This document shows, piece after piece, positions 28,745 through 38,414 of a stretch of DNA of 64,000 bases (its first letter is position 1; each line of letters starts with the position of its first letter). Source of the stretch: Candidatus Bathyarchaeota archaeon (GTDB lineage: Archaea; Thermoproteota; Bathyarchaeia; TCS64); NCBI GenBank assembly GCA_043826455.1, contig JBDRQD010000036.1, positions 24,795 to 88,794 of the forward strand, in the 5' to 3' direction. Below the pieces are notes generated by a model. The model searched no databases, was not told the DNA's origin, and saw only the letters and a list, made by a program, of their open reading frames with translations. Position numbers and translations under genes: made by a program.

Positions 28745-30703
28745 ATAGGCCAACCAGACAACACCACCATTAGGGTACTCTACGTGGACGACGAGGAAGA
28801 CAAGCTACTCAGAATTTTCTTAAAGGATTCCGATCCTGCCTTCCACGTCGACACTGTGAACTCGGCCAAGAAAGCTTTGAGCTTACTGGAGTCAAAAGAA
28901 TACGACTGCATAGTCTGCGACTACCAGATGCCAGAGGTCACGGGTATCCAGTTTGCCCGGCAGCTGAAAAAGAGGAAAGACCTACCGTTCATCATATACA
29001 CGGGTCAGGGAAGCGAGGAGGTGGCCCAGGCGGCCTTCGCCGCAGGAGTGGACGATTACGTCCGCAAGGAGACCTCTCCGAGCCATTACAGTGTGCTTGT
29101 AAACAGTATTCGGCAGGCGGTTGAGAAGAGGCGAGCCGAACACGAGTTAAGGGACTCCTTGGAGACATCGAGCCTGGTGTTCGAGCACATGCCCAGCGGC
29201 GTGTTTCTGTACAGGCACGAGGAGCCTGACAGGCTCGTCCTCACCAACTGCAACCCCGAGGCTCTGAGGCAGACAAAGCTGACCCGAGATGCGATTATCG
29301 GTAAGGAGTTTAACGAGATATGGGGCCCGAAGGGAGATGCTCTCAAGCAGGAGTACCTTAAGGCCATAACGGAGGGGCGCCAGGTCAAATACGAGAGGCT
29401 GTTCTGGGACGACCAGAAAGTATCGGGTTTCTTCAGGTTGTCTGCTCTCCCCATCCCCGGCAAGAGGTTCGCCGTCGCCTTCGAGAACATCAGTGACAAG
29501 GTGGGGTTGAAGGAAAACGCCAAGGCTCAGGAAAGCAGGAAACCGGCTTCCCTTGTCCTCTCCAAGGACGATCCGGAAGAGGCTCACATTGAGAAAGCCT
29601 TGCCAGAGTCGGAGGGCTGGTTCAGCAACATATACCACGAGTCACCTATAGGCATCGAGATATACGACAAGGAGGGCACCCTCATCGAAGCCAACGCCAC
29701 GGCCCTCAGCTACTTCGGCGTAGACAAGGTCGAGGACTTCAGAGGCTGGAACATCTTCAGGGACAGCAGTCTAACGGACGAGCAGAAGGAGAAACTGAGA
29801 AAAGGAACAGAGGTCAGCGTCGAGACTCAGAGAGACTTCGACAGGGTCAAGTACAAGACCAGGAAGAGGGGGGTTCATTACTTTGAGACCACCTTCAAGG
29901 CTGTGTCTACGAACGGCGAGGAGCCTAGAGCCGGATACATGGGGCTAGTTAGAGATGTCACGGACATCAAACGCTCCGAGGCCCAGGTGAGGGAGTACAC
30001 GGAGCAGTTGGAGAAGACCATCTTGGAGAGAAGCAGCGAGCTCCTGGAGGCTGAGAGGATGGCTACGGCGGGCCGGGTTGCCTCCATGGTAGGGCACGAC
30101 CTCCGCAGCCCCCTCCAGTCGGTGAAGAACGCTGTGTACATGATCAGACAGAGGCCCGAGTACACCGGGAGGATGCTTGACGTCATCGAGGGTGCCGTTG
30201 ACAGGTCTCTCAAGATGCTGGACGAGCTGCGGCAGAGGACCCGGGAGGAGCCCCTCGTCTTGGAGCCTACCGACATGAAGGCTCTGGTGGAGGAGGTGGC
30301 CAGAGAGACGCCTCACCCGCCCAAGATCATCATAATGGTTGAGGCGGAGGAGGTCGCCACCATACACGCCGACCCTCTGAGAGTGAGGAGAGCCTTGGAG
30401 AATCTTATCAACAACGCCATAGAGTCCATACATGTGGAGGGGGAGGTCAAAGTGACCCTCCGCAGAGAAGAGGACGCCATTGTGCTTAGGGTGAGCGACC
30501 AGGGGCGGGGCATGTCCCCCGAAGTGATGAGCCAGCTCTTCAAACCCTTCTTCACCACCAAGCCCGGGGGCATGGGCCTCGGGCTGGCCTTCTGCAAGAG
30601 AACTGTTGAGGCCCACGGCGGCACCATAAAGGTGGAGTCTGAGGAGGGGAAGGGGACCACGGTGACCATCGCCCTCCCTGTCATTGAGCATATTCAGTCT
30701 TAG
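28745..30703 (+). CDS. Hybrid sensor histidine kinase (REC-PAS-PAS-HisKA-HATPase)
   Basis: IRVLYVDD, DYQMP, HDLRSPL, N box and G boxes. The frame extends upstream of GTG 28784; the probable start is ATA 28745 after GGAGG. Confidence 0.88.
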   Translation: MGQPDNTTIRVLYVDDEEDKLLRIFLKDSDPAFHVDTVNSAKKALSLLESKEYDCIVCDYQMPEVTGIQFARQLKKRKDLPFIIYTGQGSEEVAQAAFAAGVDDYVRKETSPSHYSVLVNSIRQAVEKRRAEHELRDSLETSSLVFEHMPSGVFLYRHEEPDRLVLTNCNPEALRQTKLTRDAIIGKEFNEIWGPKGDALKQEYLKAITEGRQVKYERLFWDDQKVSGFFRLSALPIPGKRFAVAFENISDKVGLKENAKAQESRKPASLVLSKDDPEEAHIEKALPESEGWFSNIYHESPIGIEIYDKEGTLIEANATALSYFGVDKVEDFRGWNIFRDSSLTDEQKEKLRKGTEVSVETQRDFDRVKYKTRKRGVHYFETTFKAVSTNGEEPRAGYMGLVRDVTDIKRSEAQVREYTEQLEKTILERSSELLEAERMATAGRVASMVGHDLRSPLQSVKNAVYMIRQRPEYTGRMLDVIEGAVDRSLKMLDELRQRTREEPLVLEPTDMKALVEEVARETPHPPKIIIMVEAEEVATIHADPLRVRRALENLINNAIESIHVEGEVKVTLRREEDAIVLRVSDQGRGMSPEVMSQLFKPFFTTKPGGMGLGLAFCKRTVEAHGGTIKVESEEGKGTTVTIALPVIEHIQS

Positions 30704-30764
30704 GCTACTCATTTTCGTTACCATCAATATTAATTGCATGGGGCGCATCTTGTCCCGCCCCACC

Positions 30765-31808
30765 ATGAAGATAGCGTTAATCGGGTTCGGCACAGTAGGC
30801 CAGAGCCTCGTCAGGGTCTTACACGAGAAAAAGGGTCATCTGAAGGCAAGGTACGGCTTCGACGCCCAGCTTGTGGCCATCAGCGACATCCTGAAGGGCA
30901 GCGTCATGGACCCGGAGGGCCTTGACCTGGTCCAGCTACTCAGACTGGTGAAGGAAACGGGGAAGATCGATGACTACTCGGGTGGCGTCAAGGGCCTCGA
31001 CAGTCTGGAGACCATCAAGCGTTGCGGCGCAGACACGATGGTCGAAGCGGCTTGGACCAACCTGGAGACGGGGGAGCCCGGCATCACTCACATAAGGGAG
31101 GCTTTGAGGGCCGGGAGACACGTGGTGACCAGCAACAAGGGCCCCATAGCCTTGGAGTGTCACAAGCTCAGGCAGTTGGCCGAGGAGAGAGGCGTGGAGC
31201 TCAGGTTCGAGTGCACCGTCATGAGTGGCACCCCCGTCATCGCCTTAGGATTGGAAAATCTGGCGGGCCACAGAGTATCCGAGATCAGGGGGATTGTGAA
31301 CGGCACCACCAACTATATCCTCACTAGGATGGAGAAGGGGATCGATTACTCTGACGCCCTTAGAGAGGCTCAGAGGCTTGGCATCGCTGAGGTGGACCCC
31401 GCTACGGATGTGGAGGGCTGGGACGCCGTCGGCAAGATAGTCATTTTAGCCAACACGGTGATGGGCGCCCACATTAAACCCTGCGATGTGAGGCGCGAAG
31501 GCGTCACAGAGATATCTTCCAGGGATATGAAGGACGCGCTTAGGGAGGGTAAACGCATCAAGCTCATCGCCCGCGCCTGGGGCGATGAGGGCGAGGTTCA
31601 AGCAAGTGTTGGCCCCGAGAAGATCAGTCTCAATGATCCTTTAGCCCACGTGGCTGGAAGCTTGAACGCCCTAACCTATGTTACCGATGGCCTCAAGGAA
31701 GTCACCCTCATGGGCCCAGGAGCAGGAGGAGTAGAGACCGGCCACGGTGTGCTAAGTGATCTGCTGGCCATCCACAGAGAAATGAGCAGAGGATTAGGCG
31801 GACAGTAA
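30765..31808 (+). CDS. hom: Homoserine dehydrogenase
   Basis: GFGTVG, VVTSNKGP, NGTTNYIL and GPGAG motifs. Confidence 0.93.
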   Translation: MKIALIGFGTVGQSLVRVLHEKKGHLKARYGFDAQLVAISDILKGSVMDPEGLDLVQLLRLVKETGKIDDYSGGVKGLDSLETIKRCGADTMVEAAWTNLETGEPGITHIREALRAGRHVVTSNKGPIALECHKLRQLAEERGVELRFECTVMSGTPVIALGLENLAGHRVSEIRGIVNGTTNYILTRMEKGIDYSDALREAQRLGIAEVDPATDVEGWDAVGKIVILANTVMGAHIKPCDVRREGVTEISSRDMKDALREGKRIKLIARAWGDEGEVQASVGPEKISLNDPLAHVAGSLNALTYVTDGLKEVTLMGPGAGGVETGHGVLSDLLAIHREMSRGLGGQ

Positions 31809-31853
31809 ACCTGGTTCACGTCTCAGCGCTCAACTCTCAGCCAATGTATCCGT

Positions 31854-33479
31854 CTAGTAGCCGAGAGCGACTCCCAGTCGGCGTGGATCGGCTGTTCCGC
31901 TGAGGACGTCCCCCTTCCGCCAGACGCATTGCATGCTGCCCATGGGCCAGTGGTAGTCCCCCAGGGGCCTGGTCATGAAGCCCATTCTCTTCAGGTCCTT
32001 CACCACCTTCAAGGGCAATCTGCTCTCCACCTCGATGGTCCAGTCGTCCCTCAGGGGCCAGAATCTCGGGGCGTCTATTGCCTGGTAGGGGTCCCAACTG
32101 TACTCCAGGATGCTTAGTAGAACCTGGGGCACAGTGAATATACAGTCCCCCGGGCTGCCTATGGTCATCCAGGGCTCACCGCCCCTGGCCACGATGGTGT
32201 TGGCGATGGCGTGCTGGGTACGGCCCCCTGGCTCCACCATGGCGTACCTCTCCCACTCTATGCCGCTCCCCGGGACGCCGTCCACCACGACTCCGGGTAT
32301 GCCGCCGCCCCCCGTTTCCATCATCTGGACCCAGTTGCCGTGCTCGTCTAGGATGCTGAGCTCGCAGCTGTCATGGGGCGTGTGGCCTGTGGAGGGTAGG
32401 CTGCCTTGGTGAGCGGATTTGCTGTGAGTCAGGTCAAGATACTCCGATAGGTCCCCCCTGGGGCGGCTCCTCTTCCAGAGCTCCGACGTTACCCGGTGAT
32501 AGTCCTCGGACAGGAGGATATCCAGCGGGTCGTGGTAGTACTCGGCGTCGTGGATGAGGCTTCTGTCGTTGTGGGCCCTGCTCAGGGTCCAGGCCGTCAG
32601 GGCGAGGGTCTCAGCGGACTCGGTGTATTGGCCCATGGACTCTAGGTCAAAGTTGCCGAGCACCCCCAGCAGGAACCCCGTGTAGAAGCCTCCCCTCTGG
32701 GGCGGAGGGATGCCTATGACAGTGTCCTCCTTGTAGCTGATCTCCACCGGGTCTACCCAGACTGGCTCGTAGCCGGCCACGTGCTCAAGGGTGATGCCCC
32801 ACCCCATGGCGTTGGCTTCCTCTACCAGGCGCTTGGCCCAGCGGCCCGACGTGAAGTAGTCTGGGCCCTCCTCTGCCGAGCGCATCAGGGTGTCAGCTAG
32901 GTCGGGGCGCCTCCAAACCCTTCCAGCGGGGACCTGGAATCCGCCTGGGGCGAAGTGTCTCCTTCCGCTGGGAAAATACGTTCTGCCCTCCAGGGTGCTG
33001 CTTCTGCCTCCTGCTCCGCCGTACAGGAGTGCATACTCCCAGCTGGTAACGAGGTGGCCGTCCCTGGCGGCCTTCACCGCCGGCTCCACTAGGTCTCTCC
33101 ACTCCATGGAGCCGAACCTGTGAAGCATGGCCCTGAGGCCAGCAACTGAACCGGGGATAGCTGCCGCCGTCTCCTTGGCGAAGGGGTGAGGGCAGAAGGG
33201 GGCCTGGCCCTCCGGTAGGATTGGGGACGCGTCCATGAAGTGGCTGCGCTCTGTGTCGGCGTCCCAGTAGAGGAAGCTGACTGTGCCGCTGTGGGTGGTC
33301 ATATGGGGCTCGTACACCGGCCCCGCAAGGCTACCCGCCACAGCCGCGTCCACGGCGTTGCCCCCCCTCCTCAGGACCTCCACCATAATCCTGCTGACCT
33401 CAGGGTGGCTGCTGCTCACCACCCCGTGCTTGGCTGTCACCACCTCCTTGGGTCCCTGCCTCGGCTCCATGTGCATCAT
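31854..33479 (-). CDS. Gamma-glutamyltransferase family protein (divergent)
   Basis: GGNAVDAAVA, IPG, GSPG, DAPRF and ADPRR motifs; the nucleophile region reads SCELS. Confidence 0.85.
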   Translation of the reverse strand: MMHMEPRQGPKEVVTAKHGVVSSSHPEVSRIMVEVLRRGGNAVDAAVAGSLAGPVYEPHMTTHSGTVSFLYWDADTERSHFMDASPILPEGQAPFCPHPFAKETAAAIPGSVAGLRAMLHRFGSMEWRDLVEPAVKAARDGHLVTSWEYALLYGGAGGRSSTLEGRTYFPSGRRHFAPGGFQVPAGRVWRRPDLADTLMRSAEEGPDYFTSGRWAKRLVEEANAMGWGITLEHVAGYEPVWVDPVEISYKEDTVIGIPPPQRGGFYTGFLLGVLGNFDLESMGQYTESAETLALTAWTLSRAHNDRSLIHDAEYYHDPLDILLSEDYHRVTSELWKRSRPRGDLSEYLDLTHSKSAHQGSLPSTGHTPHDSCELSILDEHGNWVQMMETGGGGIPGVVVDGVPGSGIEWERYAMVEPGGRTQHAIANTIVARGGEPWMTIGSPGDCIFTVPQVLLSILEYSWDPYQAIDAPRFWPLRDDWTIEVESRLPLKVVKDLKRMGFMTRPLGDYHWPMGSMQCVWRKGDVLSGTADPRRLGVALGY

Positions 33480-33557
33480 CCCTACGTGGGTTAACCCCCT
33501 ATATGAAAACGAGGAGCCGCCCAAATCTTCAATACTGTCTCCACCCAAGGCATACCC

Positions 33558-34046
33558 ATGCCGGACGAGCGGACTCCCCCCAAGTGGGTGTACAAGGGAA
33601 GAAGGCCGCCGTCAGACGACGCATACTTCGAGAACATGAGCCGCTGCGTCTTCCAGGCGGGCCTCAGTTGGAGGCTCATGGCAGACAAGTGGCCCAACTT
33701 CCAGAGGACCTTCGACGGGTTCGAGGTACGGAAGGTGGCTGGGTACGGGGCGGACGACATCAGGAGGCTGAGCGAGGACTCGGGTATCATCCGGAACAGG
33801 TCCAAGATCGTGGCCACCATCGAGAACGCTAGGGAGTTCGAGAGGGTGGCGGCTGAGGCCGGGAGCTTCCAGAGGTGGCTTGATGGGATAGACAAGGCCA
33901 ACAACTATGATCTGGTGGTGAAGCGGCTGAAGGCCAGGTTCCGGAGGGTGGGCCCCAGCACCGCCCACATCTTCCTGTGGAGCGTGGGTGAGCCCATAGA
34001 GTACGAGCCCGAAGTATTCACCAGACGACCCAAGAAGATGGTCTGA
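33558..34046 (+). CDS. tag: DNA-3-methyladenine glycosylase I family
   Basis: FQAGLSW, IIRNRSKI.A.IENA and VGPST motifs. Confidence 0.85.
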   Translation: MPDERTPPKWVYKGRRPPSDDAYFENMSRCVFQAGLSWRLMADKWPNFQRTFDGFEVRKVAGYGADDIRRLSEDSGIIRNRSKIVATIENAREFERVAAEAGSFQRWLDGIDKANNYDLVVKRLKARFRRVGPSTAHIFLWSVGEPIEYEPEVFTRRPKKMV

Positions 34047-34238
34047 CCCGAACACTGTTCTCTTTCACGGTTCTCTCATATCTTTTCTTATCACGGAACC
34101 CTATCCAGTTTCCAGTGCAGGCCTAGGTAATATGTCTCCGGAAACCCCTTTATATCAGCCAGCTTGCTCTACCTGAGCCCGGGAGCGGCGGAGCTGTTTA
34201 AAGAAGGGGAAGGAGACGCCGCTCCACGGCTACCTCCT

Positions 34239-35477
34239 TCACCCCGTGAGGGGTGACTTGAGGGAGAGGTAGTCCTCCACGACTGCCTCTCCTAGGTTCT
34301 CGGGGTTCACGTAGGCTACCCTGCCTAGGTTCTCCCTAGCCACCCTCTGGGCCATCTCCCTGAGTTGGGGGTCGTCGTCCAGCATTATGACGTTAAGGAC
34401 TATGCCGTGCATCCTATAGAGGCGGGCCTCGTCGATAACGGCCGCCATGGCCCTGGTGAAGCCCACGAACTCGCCGTCCAGGAAGTTGGGGGCCGTGTCG
34501 GTGACGAGGTGGCACTGCTTATTCCCTGGCTCGTAGATGACGCGGCTCCTGAAGGCCCTGAGGGCGGCCCTGATGTCGGTGAACTTCATGGGGACCGTGG
34601 CGGCTGTCAGCATCCAGGGCTCCACCTCCCGGACCTCCTCGCTGAAGGCTATCACCCTGAGCCTGTCCTCCGGGTACAGGGTCATCATGAGCTCGGAGAG
34701 GGCCAGCGCCGTCTCCACGGCCGCCTCCAGTTTTCTCTTCTTCCTCATGCTGGCGCTCTGGTCCACCAGCACCCCGAAGTGGAGCTCGGTGCTGTGGAGG
34801 GGTTCCCAGACCCTGAAGTCGCCCGCGGTGAAGCTGCTCATGGGTGCGCCGCGCTCTAGGGCGGCTAGGAGCGTCCTCTCGATGTTGATCCTGTGGTAGG
34901 GGTCTCCGGGCTCGTAGGGGCGCACCGTGGCCCCGGTCCAGGCTCCGGCTCCAATGTCTTCTATCTTGTGGGGGCCCAGGCCTCTTCGCTCCAAGTTGAG
35001 CAGTATTCTTGTGAGGAAGCCTTGGCCCATGACTCTGGCGCCTCTGGATGTGAGCCTGACGGTGTGGGGGCCCTTCTCCACGAGTCCCTTCTCCTCCAGG
35101 TCCCGGAGGGTCTCGTTGTAGTCTCTCTTGGAGACGCCTTGAGGCTCCTTCCTGAGCTCCTCTATCTCGTCCTCCAGGCCCTGCATCTCGGCTGTTAGCC
35201 CGGCGTCACCCAAGACCTTCTCCAGATCGCCGGAGTCCAGGAGGCTCTCCACGCTTCTCTGCATCTGTTCCGCCTTCAGCCGCTTCAGCTCCTCGGTGAG
35301 CTGGCTGATCCTCTCCTGGGCCTCCCTGAACCTTTCCTCGGCCCTCTCCCTGGCCCTCTCCATGAACTCGCTGTCATGGTCCAGCCCCTGCCCCATCTGC
35401 ATCCTGGCGGCGTCCCTGAGCAGCTCCAGCAGGCTGTCCTGGAAGTCGCTGCACGGGTGGCTCCTGGGGCTCATCAA
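34239..35477 (-). CDS. vWA domain protein with N-terminal coiled coil
   Basis: DQSASM MIDAS-like motif; coupled to the AAA+ gene. Confidence 0.85.
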   Translation of the reverse strand: MMSPRSHPCSDFQDSLLELLRDAARMQMGQGLDHDSEFMERARERAEERFREAQERISQLTEELKRLKAEQMQRSVESLLDSGDLEKVLGDAGLTAEMQGLEDEIEELRKEPQGVSKRDYNETLRDLEEKGLVEKGPHTVRLTSRGARVMGQGFLTRILLNLERRGLGPHKIEDIGAGAWTGATVRPYEPGDPYHRINIERTLLAALERGAPMSSFTAGDFRVWEPLHSTELHFGVLVDQSASMRKKRKLEAAVETALALSELMMTLYPEDRLRVIAFSEEVREVEPWMLTAATVPMKFTDIRAALRAFRSRVIYEPGNKQCHLVTDTAPNFLDGEFVGFTRAMAAVIDEARLYRMHGIVLNVIMLDDDPQLREMAQRVARENLGRVAYVNPENLGEAVVEDYLSLKSPLTG

Positions 35478-35479
35478 GG

Positions 35480-36982
35480 CTACGTCATCCTTCTGGGCAC
35501 GTACAGCCTGTCCTGGGCTGCGAATCCCTGGGTCACCTTCTCGGCCAGCATGGCGTTGGCCAGGAGCTCCACGGCTGAGGCCTGGTACTCGGCCACGGCC
35601 TCGGGCTCGGCGGCCGCGGGGTTCTCCCTGAGCACCTGCTCCAGGCCGTTCACCAGTGCTGGGCTCTCCCAGGTCTTCAGCTCCCTCATGAGGTTGACGG
35701 CGGTGTCGAGGAGCGGGTACTCCTCCAGGCTCACAGGGGCGGGCGTCGCTGAGAGGAACCTGTCCACCTCCTCAGCCATGTCTCTGACGTTGATGTCGCC
35801 GGAGAGGACGGCCAGCACATGCTTACCCACGTCCCTGGCAGCGTACCAGATGATGTCTTCCACCACCTCGTTGTTCCTGGCCATGAAGGCGCTGGGGCTG
35901 TCGTCGAAGCCCACCAGGTCGGCCCTGAGCCTGATCCTGCCCCTAAGACCCAGCATGAGGCCGTCGGCGGCGTCCCGGAGGCAGGCTACCTTGGCGCCCC
36001 GTAGCTCGGCGCTGCTGTAGGTGTGGTCTAGGCTCTTGATGCTGCCCCTGATGCTGCTGCCCCTGTCGATGTTGGGGCAGTCCCTGGTGTAGCGGGCGGC
36101 CTTGGTTACCACGTCCACGATCCACCAGGGCACCGCGGCCTGCCGCTTCAGGTCCGTGGGTTTGGCGGAGATGGGTTCCTGGGGCCTGTCTTGGGCAGGG
36201 TCGGTGAAGAAGTCGTCCATGACCTTGAACCCCTCCTTGAACATGATCTCCCTCTCCACGGCCTCCTCGGGCAGCCCCATGGGTATCAGCTCCAGGCGGT
36301 CAAGGAGGGGCTCGGGCACCCGGTTCACGTGGCTGAACCCCGCGGGGTTGCCGGTGGCTACGAAGAATATGTCTATGGGTCGGACCCAGTTATACTCCTC
36401 GAGCACTATCCGCCGCTCCTGGAGCATGGGGTGGAAAAGCACCTGCACCTTGGTGGGTATTGCCGGCAGCTCGTCCACGCAGACGACGCCCCTGTTGCCC
36501 CGGAGCACGCCGGTGCCTATGAAGGCCCGGGGGTCGGTGGGGCTGTCCCCCTGGACGATGGCCTGGAGGTCCTTGACGCCCAGTATCTTGGCCTCGTTGG
36601 TGTACTCGTTGCCTTGGATGCGGCTGTACCGCTGCCTGCCGCTGATGAACTCGATCTCTGGGTTCTCCTCGCCCTGGCAGACGGGGCACTTCCACTCCTC
36701 GGGCCACTTGGGGTCGCAGTTGTAGGGACAGCCCTTGATCTTGGGTACTGGTGGCAGGAGCTTGGCGAGGCTCTCGGCTAGGCGGGTCTTGCCGGTGCCC
36801 TCCCGGCTCACCAGGTATGGGTAGCCGCCGCTGAGTACCGCCCTTATAACATCGTTTTTAGTCTCGTCGCGTCCCTCTATGTCCGGGAGGGGATCCTCCC
36901 CCGCCCGGAGTTTCCTGAGCATCATGTACCTGAGCTCGTAGGCGACGGGCATGGGCTGGTAGGTGTCTATGTTGAACTCCAT
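35480..36982 (-). CDS. Mg-chelatase/MoxR-like AAA+ ATPase
   Basis: GTGKT, CPYNCDP, NRGVVCVDEL, ATGNP and LLDRL motifs. Confidence 0.85.
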   Translation of the reverse strand: MEFNIDTYQPMPVAYELRYMMLRKLRAGEDPLPDIEGRDETKNDVIRAVLSGGYPYLVSREGTGKTRLAESLAKLLPPVPKIKGCPYNCDPKWPEEWKCPVCQGEENPEIEFISGRQRYSRIQGNEYTNEAKILGVKDLQAIVQGDSPTDPRAFIGTGVLRGNRGVVCVDELPAIPTKVQVLFHPMLQERRIVLEEYNWVRPIDIFFVATGNPAGFSHVNRVPEPLLDRLELIPMGLPEEAVEREIMFKEGFKVMDDFFTDPAQDRPQEPISAKPTDLKRQAAVPWWIVDVVTKAARYTRDCPNIDRGSSIRGSIKSLDHTYSSAELRGAKVACLRDAADGLMLGLRGRIRLRADLVGFDDSPSAFMARNNEVVEDIIWYAARDVGKHVLAVLSGDINVRDMAEEVDRFLSATPAPVSLEEYPLLDTAVNLMRELKTWESPALVNGLEQVLRENPAAAEPEAVAEYQASAVELLANAMLAEKVTQGFAAQDRLYVPRRMT

Positions 36983-37084
36983 GGTGGGCTCCTCCTTTTA
37001 TCTGCTGATACAGCCATGCCCGGGGAATTAAACAATATCTTCCTGTGGCTGGAATGTTTTTTTGTTGATCTACGGATCACAACC

Positions 37085-37120
37085 TTTATAAGGTAAATCT
37101 TTACCAAAAGAATGTAAAGA
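37085..37120 (+). promoter_or_regulatory. TATA box with overlapping palindromes (candidate autorepressor site)
   Basis: TTTATA at 37085; GGTAAA-TC-TTTACC at 37092-37105; TCTTTAC-N9-GTAAAGA. Confidence 0.45.
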
Positions 37121-37163
37121 TATACCGGTGTCTGTATGGCGCCGGGTATCCCGAGGAATCAAC

Positions 37164-37658
37164 ATGGGGCTACTGTCAAACCACGAAGCCGTTGTCTGGG
37201 GCGAGTTCCAGGAGGGGAAGAGCACCAGTGAGATCGCTGACGGTCACCGGGCTGAGGGGTGGACCCCCAGCTACGCCAGCAGGGTCCTGAATAGGGCCCG
37301 GGAGAAGATCGCGGGGGCTCTGCGGGGTCACGCAGACAGCCATAGGTTGGACGTGGAGAGTCTGCAGGACTATAAGGGGCTGCTGATGGGGTTTGACTAC
37401 CAGGCTAACAGCCAGGTCTACATGGTGTACACTGAGTCGCTGGGGGTGGTGGTGTGGTACATGCACAGCAGCTACGCGGGTAAGCTGTGCCCCGAGTGCC
37501 CCAAGGAGGAGGAGTGTAGGGAGGCTCTGGACGCCGTGCTTGAGGAGTACGGCTTGGAGCTGCGGCCCGACGAGGAGGCTCTGCCGATGACGAGGCAGAG
37601 CACGGCCGTCTTCCATAAGCTGGCGGCCAAGGAGGTTCCACGGTACAGGAGGAAATGA
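37164..37658 (+). CDS. HTH protein with a Cys-rich (CPECP...C) C-terminal part
   Basis: STSEIAD...YASRVLNRAREKI helix-turn-helix. Confidence 0.65.
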   Translation: MGLLSNHEAVVWGEFQEGKSTSEIADGHRAEGWTPSYASRVLNRAREKIAGALRGHADSHRLDVESLQDYKGLLMGFDYQANSQVYMVYTESLGVVVWYMHSSYAGKLCPECPKEEECREALDAVLEEYGLELRPDEEALPMTRQSTAVFHKLAAKEVPRYRRK

Positions 37659-38401
37659 GAATGGGTAAAGAGGTTGAGTCTAAGGTGATTAAGCCGCCGG
37701 TCCAGAAGGTGGTCAGCGGCAAGATTTTCAGGCCTGCGAGGGCCTACGTGTACAAGCTGTGGGTGAAGAACACGGCGATAGCGGTCTGCATCTGGCTGGG
37801 CACGATTCTTTTCATCGTGGCCTCGCTGTACTTCATCAACGCGGTGGACCCGGGGGAGATGGAGAACGCCATGCGGACCATGGGGACGTGGCTGTGGACG
37901 CTGAGCAACTGGTTGATACTGGGTAACCTGCTGTGGCTTGTGCCGGCCCTGGCCCTCATCCCCTACTACGTGAACAGGATCGAGTACAGTGTCATCTCCG
38001 AGTCCGGTGAGAGCATGCCGGAGGTGTACGTCAAGAAGGGCATCTTCACCATCACTAGGAAGCATGTGCCTTTCAGAACCATCACTAACATCGCCAGTAA
38101 CGCGGGGCCCTTCGACAGGATCTTCAGCTTGGGTAACGTGAGCATAGAGACGGCGGGGTTCAGCGGCCAGCAGACGGGGCCGGAGGAGAGGCTGGAAGGC
38201 ATCGTCTTCTACGAGGAGGTCCGGGACTTCATCCTCAATGAGCTGCGGAAGTTCAGGGCGCCCTACGCCACCATGACGGAGGTGGTTTCGCCCCTGGAGG
38301 AGCCTGTGCCCAGGGGGCCGGGCCTGGACGACGAGATACTGATTACTCTCAGGGAGATCAGGGACCATCTGAGGGCCCAGAGGAAGGCTCCGGGTGCCTA
38401 G
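37655..38401 (+). CDS. Membrane protein with a bacterial PH (bPH_2) domain
   Basis: Two TM segments followed by KKGIF..TRKHVPF..ITNI...GPFDRIF.LG...IETAG. Confidence 0.8.
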   Translation: MRMGKEVESKVIKPPVQKVVSGKIFRPARAYVYKLWVKNTAIAVCIWLGTILFIVASLYFINAVDPGEMENAMRTMGTWLWTLSNWLILGNLLWLVPALALIPYYVNRIEYSVISESGESMPEVYVKKGIFTITRKHVPFRTITNIASNAGPFDRIFSLGNVSIETAGFSGQQTGPEERLEGIVFYEEVRDFILNELRKFRAPYATMTEVVSPLEEPVPRGPGLDDEILITLREIRDHLRAQRKAPGA

Positions 38402-38414
38402 GGGCGCCCTTTTC

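Noticed and set aside
34239..36982. Magnesium chelatase (chlorophyll synthesis)
   Set aside because: There is no ChlH/CobN subunit nearby; AAA+/vWA pairs are widespread chaperone-like modules.
37092..37105. Link between the host GGTAAA/TTTACC palindrome and the element's TTTACC iterons
   Set aside because: A 6-bp match is easily coincidental, and the site is better explained as an operator of the adjacent HTH gene.
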